From the NCBI GenBank assembly GCA_910585485.1, contig CAJUEZ010000003.1, forward strand, positions 14,105-78,104: a stretch of DNA of 64,000 bases. Reading direction: 5' to 3'. The notes beneath the pieces are model-generated. The model was given only the letters and a program-made list of their open reading frames with translations. It was not told the DNA's origin and did no database searches. This stretch comes from an uncultured Clostridia bacterium. Lineage in GTDB: Bacteria > Bacillota > Clostridia > UBA1381. Both the position numbers and the translations under genes were made by a program. Of the stretch, positions 40,307 through 49,535 are shown one piece after another; position 1 is the stretch's first letter; the number at the start of each line of letters is the position of its first letter.

Positions 40307-41326
40307 ATGATTATTATAATGAAGGATTCAGCTTCCGCAAAAGAAATCAGCAGCGTTGAAAAACTGTTGGCGGATTTCGGGTTTCAGACACACCCGATTT
40401 ACGGTGAGAAGAAGACAGTTATCGGAGCGATAGGTGATAAGCGTCTGTTAAGTATGAATCAGATTCTTACAATGGACGGTGTGGAAAATGTTGTGCCGAT
40501 TATGAAGCCTTATAAGCTTGCCTCAAAGGAACTTCATAAGGAGCCGTCTGTAATAAACGTGGGACATGGTGTGACTGTCGGCGGAGATAAGCTGGCTGTG
40601 TTCGCGGGTCCTTGCGCCATAGAAAGCCAGGAACAATTCACGGCTGTTTCAGCCGCCGTTAAAGCATCAGGCGCAAATATTTTAAGAGGCGGAGCGTTTA
40701 AACCGCGTTCTTCACCGTATTCATTCCAGGGCTTGGAGGGAGACGGTCTGAAGATAATGTATAACAGCGGTAAAGAACTTAATATGCCTATCTGTACAGA
40801 GGTGCTTGACACAAGAGATGTTGAGCTTGTCGCAAAATACGCAGACATAATGCAGATTGGCGCGAGAAACATGCAGAATTTCAAGCTTTTGAGAGAAGTT
40901 GGAAAATGCAATAAGCCTATACTTTTAAAGCGCGGTCTCGCGTGTACTATGGAGGAATGGCTTATGGCTGCCGAATATATTATGTCTGAAGGTAATGAGA
41001 ATGTTATTCTTTGTGAAAGAGGTATAAGAACATATGAAACCTCGACAAGAAACACCTTTGATTTAAGCGCTATACCTGTTTCAAAGGAACTTTCACATCT
41101 TCCTATTATAGCTGATCCAAGCCATGCGACAGGCACATATAAATATGTACCGGCAGTAGCGAAAGGCGCTATAGCCGCCGGCGCGGACGGACTTATGATA
41201 GAGGTTCATAACTGCCCCGAAAAGGCTGCTTCTGACGGCGAGCAGTCGCTGACTCCGGAAAGATTTGACAAGCTTATGAAGGAACTTGATCCGATCGCGA
41301 AAGCCGTAAACAAAATTCTACTGTAA
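40307..41326 (+). CDS. aroF: DAHP synthase type I-beta with N-terminal regulatory domain
   Basis: AGPCAIES, RGGAFKPRSSPY, QIGARNMQN and DPSH motifs. Confidence 0.96.
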   Translation: MIIIMKDSASAKEISSVEKLLADFGFQTHPIYGEKKTVIGAIGDKRLLSMNQILTMDGVENVVPIMKPYKLASKELHKEPSVINVGHGVTVGGDKLAVFAGPCAIESQEQFTAVSAAVKASGANILRGGAFKPRSSPYSFQGLEGDGLKIMYNSGKELNMPICTEVLDTRDVELVAKYADIMQIGARNMQNFKLLREVGKCNKPILLKRGLACTMEEWLMAAEYIMSEGNENVILCERGIRTYETSTRNTFDLSAIPVSKELSHLPIIADPSHATGTYKYVPAVAKGAIAAGADGLMIEVHNCPEKAASDGEQSLTPERFDKLMKELDPIAKAVNKILL

Positions 41327-41338
41327 GGACTGTAAAAT

Positions 41339-42151
41339 ATGTTAGGTTATCTTGGACCGAGCGGAACATTTTCGCATCAGGCGGCTATGGAATGGTCGCA
41401 GGGGAAAGAGGAACTTAAGGAGTTCCCGACAATTTATTCCGCGATACAAGCCGTGCAAAACGGCAGTATAGAAAGAGCCATAGTTCCGATAGAAAATTCA
41501 ATAGAGGGAAGCGTTAATACAACGCTTGACACAATCGCTTTTGATGTGGATTTGTATATCACAGGCGAATATATACTTCACATAAGCGAAAATCTAATGA
41601 TAAAAAAAGGCGCGAAGAAAGAGGATATAAAAATTATCACTTCTCACCCGCAGCCTATCGGACAATGCTCAAAGCTTTTGACTCATGAATTTGCGGACTC
41701 AAAAATTGAGTTTGCCGATTCGACTGCCGCGGCGGCAAAACGCGTATGTGAATCGGACGGGTCAGTGGCATGTATCGGTTCTCCAAACAGCGCGGAACTT
41801 TATGGCTTAGACATATTGTATGCGGACTGCGGCGATGATACAAATAATTCCACACGATTTGTTGTGCTTGCGAAAAATCAGCTTACTCAGGTATCTGAGC
41901 GTGACAAAACCTCTATTGTATTCGCGATAGACAATACACCCGGAAGGCTTTATGAGGCGATAGAACTTTTGGCAAAAGAAAAAATCAATATGATAAAGAT
42001 AGAGTCGCGTCCTATGAAGGATGAACTTGGAAAGTATGTGTTTTTTATTGATATTGACGGTAATATTGATGACGCGTCAATCTATTTCGCGTTAGACCAG
42101 GTTCGGCGGAATACGTATTTTTATAAATTCCTCGGCTCATATAAGTATTAG
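41339..42151 (+). CDS. pheA: Prephenate dehydratase with ACT domain
   Basis: LGPSGTFS, PIENS.EG, TRF and IESRP motifs. Confidence 0.95.
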   Translation: MLGYLGPSGTFSHQAAMEWSQGKEELKEFPTIYSAIQAVQNGSIERAIVPIENSIEGSVNTTLDTIAFDVDLYITGEYILHISENLMIKKGAKKEDIKIITSHPQPIGQCSKLLTHEFADSKIEFADSTAAAAKRVCESDGSVACIGSPNSAELYGLDILYADCGDDTNNSTRFVVLAKNQLTQVSERDKTSIVFAIDNTPGRLYEAIELLAKEKINMIKIESRPMKDELGKYVFFIDIDGNIDDASIYFALDQVRRNTYFYKFLGSYKY

Positions 42152-42159
42152 TATACAAA

Positions 42160-42191
42160 AAAGGTGATGCTTCATTTTGAAACATCACCTT
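42160..42191. terminator. Terminator between convergent pheA and hydF
   Basis: AAGGTGATG...CATCACCTT stem. Confidence 0.6.
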
Positions 42192-42197
42192 GAATTT

Positions 42198-43379
42198 TTA
42201 TTTCATGAAAATTTTTGTGCATCTGTCAAGAATACCGCTCACGCAGGCGAGAGTGACACCGTAATTGGTAATCGGAACGTTATTCTCCATACAAAATTCA
42301 ATACGGTTATTCATGGAACGGGAGTTTATCATACAACCTCCGCAATGGATAACAAGGTCATATTGTGATAAATCTTTCGGAAAATCCTGATGCACATAAT
42401 AATCAAATTCAAGTTTTTTACCAGTGTATTTTTGAAGCATACGCGGAATTTTCACTCTGCCTATATCCTCGTGCGAAGTGTTGTGAGTGCAGGCTTCCGC
42501 CATAAGTATGCGGCTTCCGTCACGCAAGTTATTAATAGCGTCCGCGCCCTGAATAAGCTTTTTTAAATCGCCTTTCATGCTTGCCATCATCATTGAGAAT
42601 GATGTCAATAAAACATTATCGGGAACAACGGAGGAAACAAATTTAAACACTTGCGAATCCGTCACAACCAAATCAATTTTTTTCTGTTCATTGAGCGTTT
42701 CCTTAAGCTCGCTGTCACGCACAACTATTGTTTTCATGCCATGGTCAAGGCAGTCGCGAAGAAACTGTACTTGCGGCAGAATGAGTCTTCCTTTGGGCGC
42801 TTGTGAGTCAATCGGAACAACCATAACTATCGTGCTTCCCTCAGGTACCAGGTGTCCTATCATAGTAGTCTCATCGCTTTTAAGTTTAGACAATTCCTCT
42901 ATGAGATTTTGTCTGAGTATATTTACAGAATTTTCGTCTTTGTCTGATACAAAAAGAGCGTTCGGATATTTTTCTTTTAAATCGTTCACGCCCAAATCCG
43001 CTTTTGTGATTACAAGCAAATGCGATACGCGCTTTTTTTCAAATTTACTCTGTATTTCATTATAAGCGGACTCGTCAAAATCATCAGCCGCGGCAGCGTA
43101 TATGGCAAAGTCTGTCTTTTCAAGCACTTTCTCCGTCTTCTCCATACGCTTTGCGCCCGTCGGTGAAAAATCACCCAGTCCGGCAGTGTCGGTGAGCGCG
43201 ATAGGACCATAGGGAAGAAGTTCCATGGCTTTAGTCACAGGGTCGGTAGTAGTGCCTTTTTTATCTGAAACTATTGCCATATCCTGACCGATAAGCATAT
43301 TAAAAAGCGTGGATTTTCCGGCATTTGTATTTCCGAAAATAGAAACGTGCGTGCGAAATGCCAAAGGTGTTTTTTCCAT
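42198..43379 (-). CDS. hydF: [FeFe]-hydrogenase maturation GTPase
   Basis: GNTNAGKS, GTTTDPV, PKGRLILPQ, EACTH and HCGGC motifs. Confidence 0.93.
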   Translation of the reverse strand: MEKTPLAFRTHVSIFGNTNAGKSTLFNMLIGQDMAIVSDKKGTTTDPVTKAMELLPYGPIALTDTAGLGDFSPTGAKRMEKTEKVLEKTDFAIYAAAADDFDESAYNEIQSKFEKKRVSHLLVITKADLGVNDLKEKYPNALFVSDKDENSVNILRQNLIEELSKLKSDETTMIGHLVPEGSTIVMVVPIDSQAPKGRLILPQVQFLRDCLDHGMKTIVVRDSELKETLNEQKKIDLVVTDSQVFKFVSSVVPDNVLLTSFSMMMASMKGDLKKLIQGADAINNLRDGSRILMAEACTHNTSHEDIGRVKIPRMLQKYTGKKLEFDYYVHQDFPKDLSQYDLVIHCGGCMINSRSMNNRIEFCMENNVPITNYGVTLACVSGILDRCTKIFMK

Positions 43380-43480
43380 AATAATCACCATATCCTTTCT
43401 GTGCGCAAATAGTCATCAATAAGACATGAAAAATTATATCATGTGATTTTTCGCGTTATATCTTATATTCGGGTGAAAAA

Positions 43481-43507
43481 ACAAGAGCGTTAATTAAACG
43501 CTCTTGT
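43481..43507 (-). terminator. Intrinsic terminator
   Basis: ACAAGAGCGTT-AATTA-AACGCTCTTGT with a T-run on the minus strand. Confidence 0.75.
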
Positions 43508-43523
43508 ATATAATCAGTTAAAA

Positions 43524-44585
43524 TTAAGCAGCAGGCTGAGCGGAAGAATCTTCCGGATTTGTCTCAGGGGTTGTCTGATTTTCTGCTGCGTTTATAATTA
43601 AATCTGTGCCGTCTACAGCAAGATTTGATCCGCTATACATAATGTCTGACGGTTTTCCTTCAGCCGTTTCGTTCTTTGAGAACTGAACAGATGTGTTGTA
43701 TCCGACTTTTGTTTGGTATCCGTTAGAAAGAGTGAAGACACCTTCTTTGCCGTTAAGCGACTTGAACACGAATTTCAAGATGCTGCCATCAGTATTTACA
43801 GCCTTGTCTTCAGCGCCGACAATAACGAACGCTGATTTTACATATGTATCCTCAAAATCAGGATTTGAAGCGCCGATGACGCTTTCAATGTCAGATTCAC
43901 CGTTTACAAGAGAAGCGCTTACAAATTCAAAGTTTTCCTTGTCATATTTAATAGCCGCAGAAGCCGCTGAAACATACTCGTTTGACGGAATGTTTGAAAC
44001 GTTTACATAAAGAGTTACCTCTTCGCCTTCTTTTGCTGTAAGATTTGATGCGGAAAGTGAAAGAGCCGGAAGTCCGGTTGTTGAAGCGGGCTTATCCGCG
44101 GTTGTGATGTCGATTGTGTATGCGTTGCCATTCCACTGAACATCAGCGTCAAGTGCCTCACTGATTGCTCTTAGAGGAATCATAGTTCTTTCGTTATAAA
44201 TCTGAGGAGCAACCTCAAGCGTTACAGCCTTTTCAGGAGCATTAAAATCCTGACCTGAAAGAATAGTTCCGAGCATGTTGCTCAAATCATAAACTTTCAT
44301 AGTGCTGTCGTCAATCGTAAGTCTGATAAGCGTTTTGTGGTCAGCGCTTTCAACCTCTACGATTCTTGCTGTTTCATCCCATTTTACAGAGCCTCCCATT
44401 GCCTCGAATACGCCTCTTGCAGGAACAAGCGTTGTGCCGGAACCAAGAATAACGGGTTCCTGATCTTCAAACAATATTTCACTTGTGTTAACGAATACGG
44501 TAGGAGTCTTGTCCTCAGCCATAACAGCCGCGCCGCAAGAAACAACCATAGCCGCCGCAAGAGTTGTGCTTAGTAGTTTTTTCAT
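43524..44585 (-). CDS. Secreted protein: copper-amine-oxidase N-terminal-like (stalk) domain plus cohesin-like domain
   Basis: Signal peptide; TLVPARGVFEAMG..VKWD and RTMIPLRAISEAL motifs; GEEVTLYVNV...IKYD..NFEFV cohesin-like pattern. Confidence 0.75.
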   Translation of the reverse strand: MKKLLSTTLAAAMVVSCGAAVMAEDKTPTVFVNTSEILFEDQEPVILGSGTTLVPARGVFEAMGGSVKWDETARIVEVESADHKTLIRLTIDDSTMKVYDLSNMLGTILSGQDFNAPEKAVTLEVAPQIYNERTMIPLRAISEALDADVQWNGNAYTIDITTADKPASTTGLPALSLSASNLTAKEGEEVTLYVNVSNIPSNEYVSAASAAIKYDKENFEFVSASLVNGESDIESVIGASNPDFEDTYVKSAFVIVGAEDKAVNTDGSILKFVFKSLNGKEGVFTLSNGYQTKVGYNTSVQFSKNETAEGKPSDIMYSGSNLAVDGTDLIINAAENQTTPETNPEDSSAQPAA

Positions 44586-44743
44586 GTTTATTACTTCCTT
44601 TCAATAATAATGTATTATAATTGTAACATAAAAAATTAAAATATACAACAGAAATTTTGATTTTTATATAGCATTAGCAAGGAAAATGTAGTATAATAAT
44701 AAATATATGTACAAATTCTCGAAAATAAGGAAGGAATATTGCT

Positions 44744-45586
44744 ATGAACGCTTTTATTGAATATATGATAAAATATATACAGCTTCTTAGAATAAGTGAT
44801 TTAATAGATATTCTTATAGTGGCTGTTATTATTTACTATCTGATAAATCTTCTCCGTGAAACACGCGGCATGCAGCTTGTCAAAGGAATAGCGTTTTTGT
44901 TTATAGTATTCTTTCTCAGCCAATGGCTGAAACTGAACGCTCTCAATTACATACTCGGCGGCGCGATGCAGATAGGCGCGTTCGCGCTTATCGTTATTTT
45001 CCAGCCTGAACTTAGAAATCTTTTGGAGCGTATGGGACGCTTTAAAGTCGGAAGAATTATAGATTTGGCGGCGGACACTTCTGATGATGATATACAGAGA
45101 ACGATAGAATCTGTATCGCTTGCCGCGGCGAATATGTCTGACAGCAAGACAGGCGCTCTCATAGTTATGGAACGCTCGACAAGACTGGGCGAATTTATAA
45201 GTACGGGAACTATGCTTGACGCGAACGTATCGAGCGGACTTTTGGAAAATATTTTTGTTCCGAACACTCCTTTGCATGACGGAGCGGTAATAATAAGAAA
45301 CAATAAAATTGTCACAGCGGGGTGTCTGCTGCCGCTGACCGCAAATAATAATCTATCGCGTGATTTGGGAACAAGGCATAGAGCCGCTATAGGTCTGAGC
45401 GAGGTGACGGATGCGGTTATAATAGTAGTGAGTGAGGAAACAGGAAAAATATCTATAGCTTTAAATGGTTCGCTTACGCGCAATCTTTCAAAAGACTCGC
45501 TTTCAAAAGCGCTGAATAAAATGCTTATACAAAAACCGAATACAAACCATAAGATAGAAAAAATAATGTTTTGGAGGACAAAATGA
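44744..45586 (+). CDS. cdaA: Diadenylate cyclase CdaA (DacA)
   Basis: Three TMs; FQPELR, PLHDGA, LGTRHRAA and VSEETG motifs. Confidence 0.96.
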   Translation: MNAFIEYMIKYIQLLRISDLIDILIVAVIIYYLINLLRETRGMQLVKGIAFLFIVFFLSQWLKLNALNYILGGAMQIGAFALIVIFQPELRNLLERMGRFKVGRIIDLAADTSDDDIQRTIESVSLAAANMSDSKTGALIVMERSTRLGEFISTGTMLDANVSSGLLENIFVPNTPLHDGAVIIRNNKIVTAGCLLPLTANNNLSRDLGTRHRAAIGLSEVTDAVIIVVSEETGKISIALNGSLTRNLSKDSLSKALNKMLIQKPNTNHKIEKIMFWRTK

Positions 45587-46773
45587 AAGAGAAAAGGCAA
45601 AACAAATCTAATACAAAAAAGATAAGGACGATTGCCCTTTCGATTTTTCTCGCGGTAGTCGTTTGGCTGATGGTGGTATATGTAAACGATCCTGACATTA
45701 CAACAACTATTACTGATATAAAAGTAAGTTTTGTGGGTATGGTCGAACTCGAGGATAAGAATCTTATTGTAACGGGAAAAGATAATCTTCCCCAAATGTC
45801 TATAGTCGTGACGGGAAAACGGAGTGACCTTATGAATTTCATGGACGATATAAGCGTTCAGATAGATGTTAGTTCAATAAATGCTGCCGGCGAATACAAC
45901 ATGCGCGGAAAACTTTATATGCCGACAACCCGCATAACCGTTGAAAAGGAAAAATACGGAGATTTCCCGATTACTGTTGAAAATATTTCGGAAAAGGAAA
46001 TTGACGTTGAGCTTTCACAGACAGGAACGCAAAAGGATAAACTTGTTAAGTCTGTTATGACAAATCCGAAGGTAAAAATAAAAGGCGCAAAGAGCGAGAT
46101 AGATAATGTAGCGGGCGCTCAGGCAGTCGTTGATATATCAAAGATACAGGAGAACGATGTTGAGTTTGTAAATTATGTGCTTGTTGACACGGAAGGGGAA
46201 TTAATAGAAAAAAATGAAACCATTGAAAGTATGCAGCAGCATGTTGAGGTAAAAAATACTATATATAATATGAAGAAACTGCCAGTTGTTCCCGTGTTGT
46301 CGGAGGAAATAGAGAGTGATTATATATTGGATTGGAACAGTGTAGCGGTAAGTCCGTCTGAAATTACCGTTGGAGCGGATGATTCAAACACTGTTGATAA
46401 GCTTGAAGTTAAAATAGATAAAATCGGCGCAAGCGACGAGGAATATGAAATCACCGAGCCTGACGGAATTTATATTCCGGAGGAGAGTAAGAAAGCGCGA
46501 GTAAAAGCTAATACCGTTAAAAATATATCGGAATATTTTGAAGTTGATGTCGAGGCGGAAAATGTCCCTGAGAATATGAAGGCAAGGATTGACCGTAAGA
46601 TAGGCGTTAATGTATGGAGCGGCAGAAGAGGTATTTCAGCGAATGATATTCACGCGGTAGTAGACGTGTCGGGTCTTGGAGCGGGAGTATATAATCTTCC
46701 GGTTAAACTGTCAGGAGAAAACATGGAGTTTCATGAAAATTACACAGTAGATGTAACAATAGAAGGAGTATAA
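45583..46773 (+). CDS. cdaR: CdaR/YbbR-like regulator
   Basis: SIFLAVVVWL.V TM, YbbR-like repeats; overlaps the cdaA stop. Confidence 0.85.
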   Translation: MKEKRQNKSNTKKIRTIALSIFLAVVVWLMVVYVNDPDITTTITDIKVSFVGMVELEDKNLIVTGKDNLPQMSIVVTGKRSDLMNFMDDISVQIDVSSINAAGEYNMRGKLYMPTTRITVEKEKYGDFPITVENISEKEIDVELSQTGTQKDKLVKSVMTNPKVKIKGAKSEIDNVAGAQAVVDISKIQENDVEFVNYVLVDTEGELIEKNETIESMQQHVEVKNTIYNMKKLPVVPVLSEEIESDYILDWNSVAVSPSEITVGADDSNTVDKLEVKIDKIGASDEEYEITEPDGIYIPEESKKARVKANTVKNISEYFEVDVEAENVPENMKARIDRKIGVNVWSGRRGISANDIHAVVDVSGLGAGVYNLPVKLSGENMEFHENYTVDVTIEGV

Positions 46774-46777
46774 ATTT

Positions 46778-47665
46778 ATGTCAGATATATTAATCAGAGG
46801 AAACAGCATGGACGGAGCAATCCGTGTGTTTGCGGCGGTAACAACTGACCTTGTAAACGAGGCTCAGAGAATACATCACACATATCCCACAGCGACAGCC
46901 GCCTTGGGCAGACTGCTTACAGGCGCGGCAATTATGGGCGCGGCGGGACTTAAAAATGATACAGACAGCATGACGGTGCAGATAAAAGGCGAGGGAGAAA
47001 TCAAAAACCTTGTCGCTGTAACCGACTCAAAAAGCCGTGTCCGCGGATATGTTTCAAATCCGTTTGTGGACAGACCATTAAATGACAAGGGCAAGCTTGA
47101 TGTCGGAGGAGCGATAGGCGGCGGATACCTGAGCGTTGTGCGTGATTTGGGAATGAAAGAACCGTATGTGGGACAGATACCTCTTGTTTCCGGAGAGATA
47201 GCGGAGGATTTGACTTACTATTATGCAAAAAGCGAGCAGATTCCAACGTCCGTGGCTCTCGGTGTGCTTGTGGATACGGATAATACCGTTATAGCTTCGG
47301 GCGGCTTTATGATACAGCTTATGCCTGAGGCGACTGACGAAATGGCTGAACGGCTTGAAGAAATACTAAAGGATATTCCGCCGATAACCACAATGATAAA
47401 GGACGGTATGAGCGCGGAAGACATACTTTTCCGTGTCACGGAAGGATTTTCAATGATATGCGAGAATAAAACAGTCACACCGAAATATGAGTGTAAATGT
47501 TCCAAGGAACGCATGGAAAAAGCGCTTATCTCTATAGGAAAAGAAGAATTACAGTCGATTATAAACGAGCAGGGAACGGCGGAACTGACATGTCATTTCT
47601 GTGATAATAAATATCAGTTTAATAAAAAAGAACTTGAGGATTTACTGAAAAAGGCAAAAGGATAA
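46778..47665 (+). CDS. hslO: Redox-regulated chaperone Hsp33
   Basis: AALGR, SEQIP and the CKCS...CHFC zinc motif. Confidence 0.96.
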   Translation: MSDILIRGNSMDGAIRVFAAVTTDLVNEAQRIHHTYPTATAALGRLLTGAAIMGAAGLKNDTDSMTVQIKGEGEIKNLVAVTDSKSRVRGYVSNPFVDRPLNDKGKLDVGGAIGGGYLSVVRDLGMKEPYVGQIPLVSGEIAEDLTYYYAKSEQIPTSVALGVLVDTDNTVIASGGFMIQLMPEATDEMAERLEEILKDIPPITTMIKDGMSAEDILFRVTEGFSMICENKTVTPKYECKCSKERMEKALISIGKEELQSIINEQGTAELTCHFCDNKYQFNKKELEDLLKKAKG

Positions 47666-47670
47666 TAGTG

Positions 47671-47697
47671 AAGGGTATGTATATAATACATACCCTT
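47671..47697. terminator. Bidirectional terminator
   Basis: AAGGGTATGTAT-ATA-ATACATACCCTT. Confidence 0.75.
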
Positions 47698-47708
47698 TAA
47701 ATTTAGCC

Positions 47709-48719
47709 TTATTTATTTATCAATTCGCCTATGTTATTAATTCTTATGGAAACAGTTCCGTCCTCGTTGTTTATAAATTCTATATACTCGCTGTTTTGAT
47801 AATACTCTGCCGGGAATGTAAGTTCAATACCTATATCTGTCACAATTTTAACGTTGGAAGCGAGTTTTTTTGCGGCATAGCTGTTCATCTCCACTCTCTG
47901 CGGCACGTTTGCCTTTTCGATTTTTTCCATAAATTCTTCACGCATGCCGGGTTTGCCGTCAAATATCTTTTGAGCGACTTTTTCTGTTTCTATATATTTT
48001 TCTTCGCCCTCTTCAATATTTTCGGTTATGTATTCTTTCATTTTTGAAAGGGTTTCGAGCGAGTCACCGCCGTTTTCTTCAGTTACTTTTTTCGCTATTT
48101 TTTTAACCGCATTCACTGATTCGCGTGACGATATATCATATATACATTCCAAAAGTATGTCCGCGATAAGGTCGGTTGTTTCACCGTCTATTTTGCGTTT
48201 TTTGCTTTTGTAGCGAATGATTGAGTCGTCCATGGAAATGAAAGCGCATTCGCTTATTTTCTGCGAGGTGGTGGGAAGAATCGCATAGTGGTTTATAATT
48301 TGATTTTTAACCTTACCCTCCTCCTGCATGACCTGATGAGTATATCCGATTTTGTTGTCGCATTTAAGAACGGCGAGGATAGGACGGTCGTTTATAATGC
48401 AGTCGCACACAATAAGGTCTGATGAATCGGGATTCTCAGACTGGCTTATACCCGCGTACATTCTCTTTGCGATAAACTGTGACATGGTTTTGAAATATCC
48501 TTCATCTTTGGCATATTCGGATAAGTGATATTTAAATCCGCTGTTTTCAGAGAACTCACCCTTCCTTAGTCCGGCGTCTTCAAATACTTTTTCGATATGC
48601 TTTGTTATAAAATTATTGATGCTCGGGTCAGAAACGTCAAGTTCCTCGTCAGAATAAACGCTCACTCCCGAAGCCGCGTCAAGTATATGTAAAATCGCGC
48701 GTTTTACAGATGCAATCAT
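47709..48719 (-). CDS. Nucleoid-associated protein (NdpA/YejK-like)
   Basis: RAILHILD N-terminus, KHIEK, TDIGIEL.FP and NEDGTVSI motifs; promoter TTGTAA-N17-TATAAT upstream. Confidence 0.75.
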   Translation of the reverse strand: MIASVKRAILHILDAASGVSVYSDEELDVSDPSINNFITKHIEKVFEDAGLRKGEFSENSGFKYHLSEYAKDEGYFKTMSQFIAKRMYAGISQSENPDSSDLIVCDCIINDRPILAVLKCDNKIGYTHQVMQEEGKVKNQIINHYAILPTTSQKISECAFISMDDSIIRYKSKKRKIDGETTDLIADILLECIYDISSRESVNAVKKIAKKVTEENGGDSLETLSKMKEYITENIEEGEEKYIETEKVAQKIFDGKPGMREEFMEKIEKANVPQRVEMNSYAAKKLASNVKIVTDIGIELTFPAEYYQNSEYIEFINNEDGTVSIRINNIGELINK

Positions 48720-48887
48720 ATTAATATCTTCCTTTCTGATTTGTGTACGGTTATTATACCATAAATAAACCTGATTTACAACACCTGAAAGCACCGATAT
48801 TTTCAGGGCCGTTCAATATATAAAGTTATATAAAGCGGGCAAAATGTGGGGTGACTAGCAGCAAATTAGTAACAAACTTTTAGCCGA

Positions 48888-49116
48888 TTAGGCATTTACT
48901 TTTGCTTGAACTGCATTGTAATTATAGCCCGCCGCAATCAGGCGTTTCTTGCGTTCTTCACCATTATCCCATTTACCCACAATCACTTCACGGGCAATTT
49001 CGTCAATGGATTTCTTTGTCGGGGAAGCTGTAACTGCTTCACCTTTTTCTGTGGTAATGTAGGTATCAAATCCGGCTGATTTCAGTTTTGCCGCCTTTAC
49101 CTTTGCAAGCTGTGCA
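48888..49116 (-). pseudogene. Phage endolysin C-terminal fragment (end of SPOR-like domain plus CW_7/Cpl-7 repeat)
   Basis: KLKSAGFDTYIT then KKSIDEIAREVIVGKWDNGEERKKRLIAAGYNYNAVQAKVN; no catalytic domain and no real start. Confidence 0.75.
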
Positions 49117-49386
49117 TAGATGACAGTGGAAGAACACAAATTCCTGTGCGTGCAGCCGCGGAAACGCTTGATTGCGATGTTAAATGGTATCAGGATATTA
49201 AAACAACGGTTATCACAAAGGATAACGGTGATACTATAAAAATTACTCTCGACAGCGATATTATGACGGTGAATGGCGAGCAGGTAAAAATGGATACTAC
49301 GGCTCTTTTAAAGGGTGACAGAACACTTTATCCCTGTTTGATTTATAGCCGAGGCTCTGGGACTGACAGTTGAATGAGTAGAGTAA
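49116..49386 (+). pseudogene. Decayed copper-amine-oxidase N-terminal-like (stalk) domain fragment
   Basis: IDDSGRTQIPVRAAAE..., a frameshift near 49325, then IPV*FIAEALGLTVE*VE with stops where R and W are expected. Confidence 0.8.
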
Positions 49387-49476
49387 TAGAACGGTAAAAT
49401 AAAAGTTGGACTTGTCAAAACTTATTTGGCAAGTTCGGCTTTTTTGTGAATATAAATTATAAAATGCGCGTATGGA

Positions 49477-49505
49477 TTGACAAACGCGTCTTTGTTGTTT
49501 ATACT
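49477..49505 (+). promoter_or_regulatory. SigA promoter of GH3 gene
   Basis: TTGACA-N17-TATACT. Confidence 0.7.
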
Positions 49506-49535
49506 GAAAAAGGAATATAATTCGGAGGGGATTTC

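Noticed and set aside
40534..41136. 200-aa minus-strand ORF
   Set aside because: Antisense shadow of aroF with no recognisable motifs.
44947..45795. 282-aa minus-strand ORF
   Set aside because: Antisense shadow of cdaA-cdaR with no recognisable motifs.
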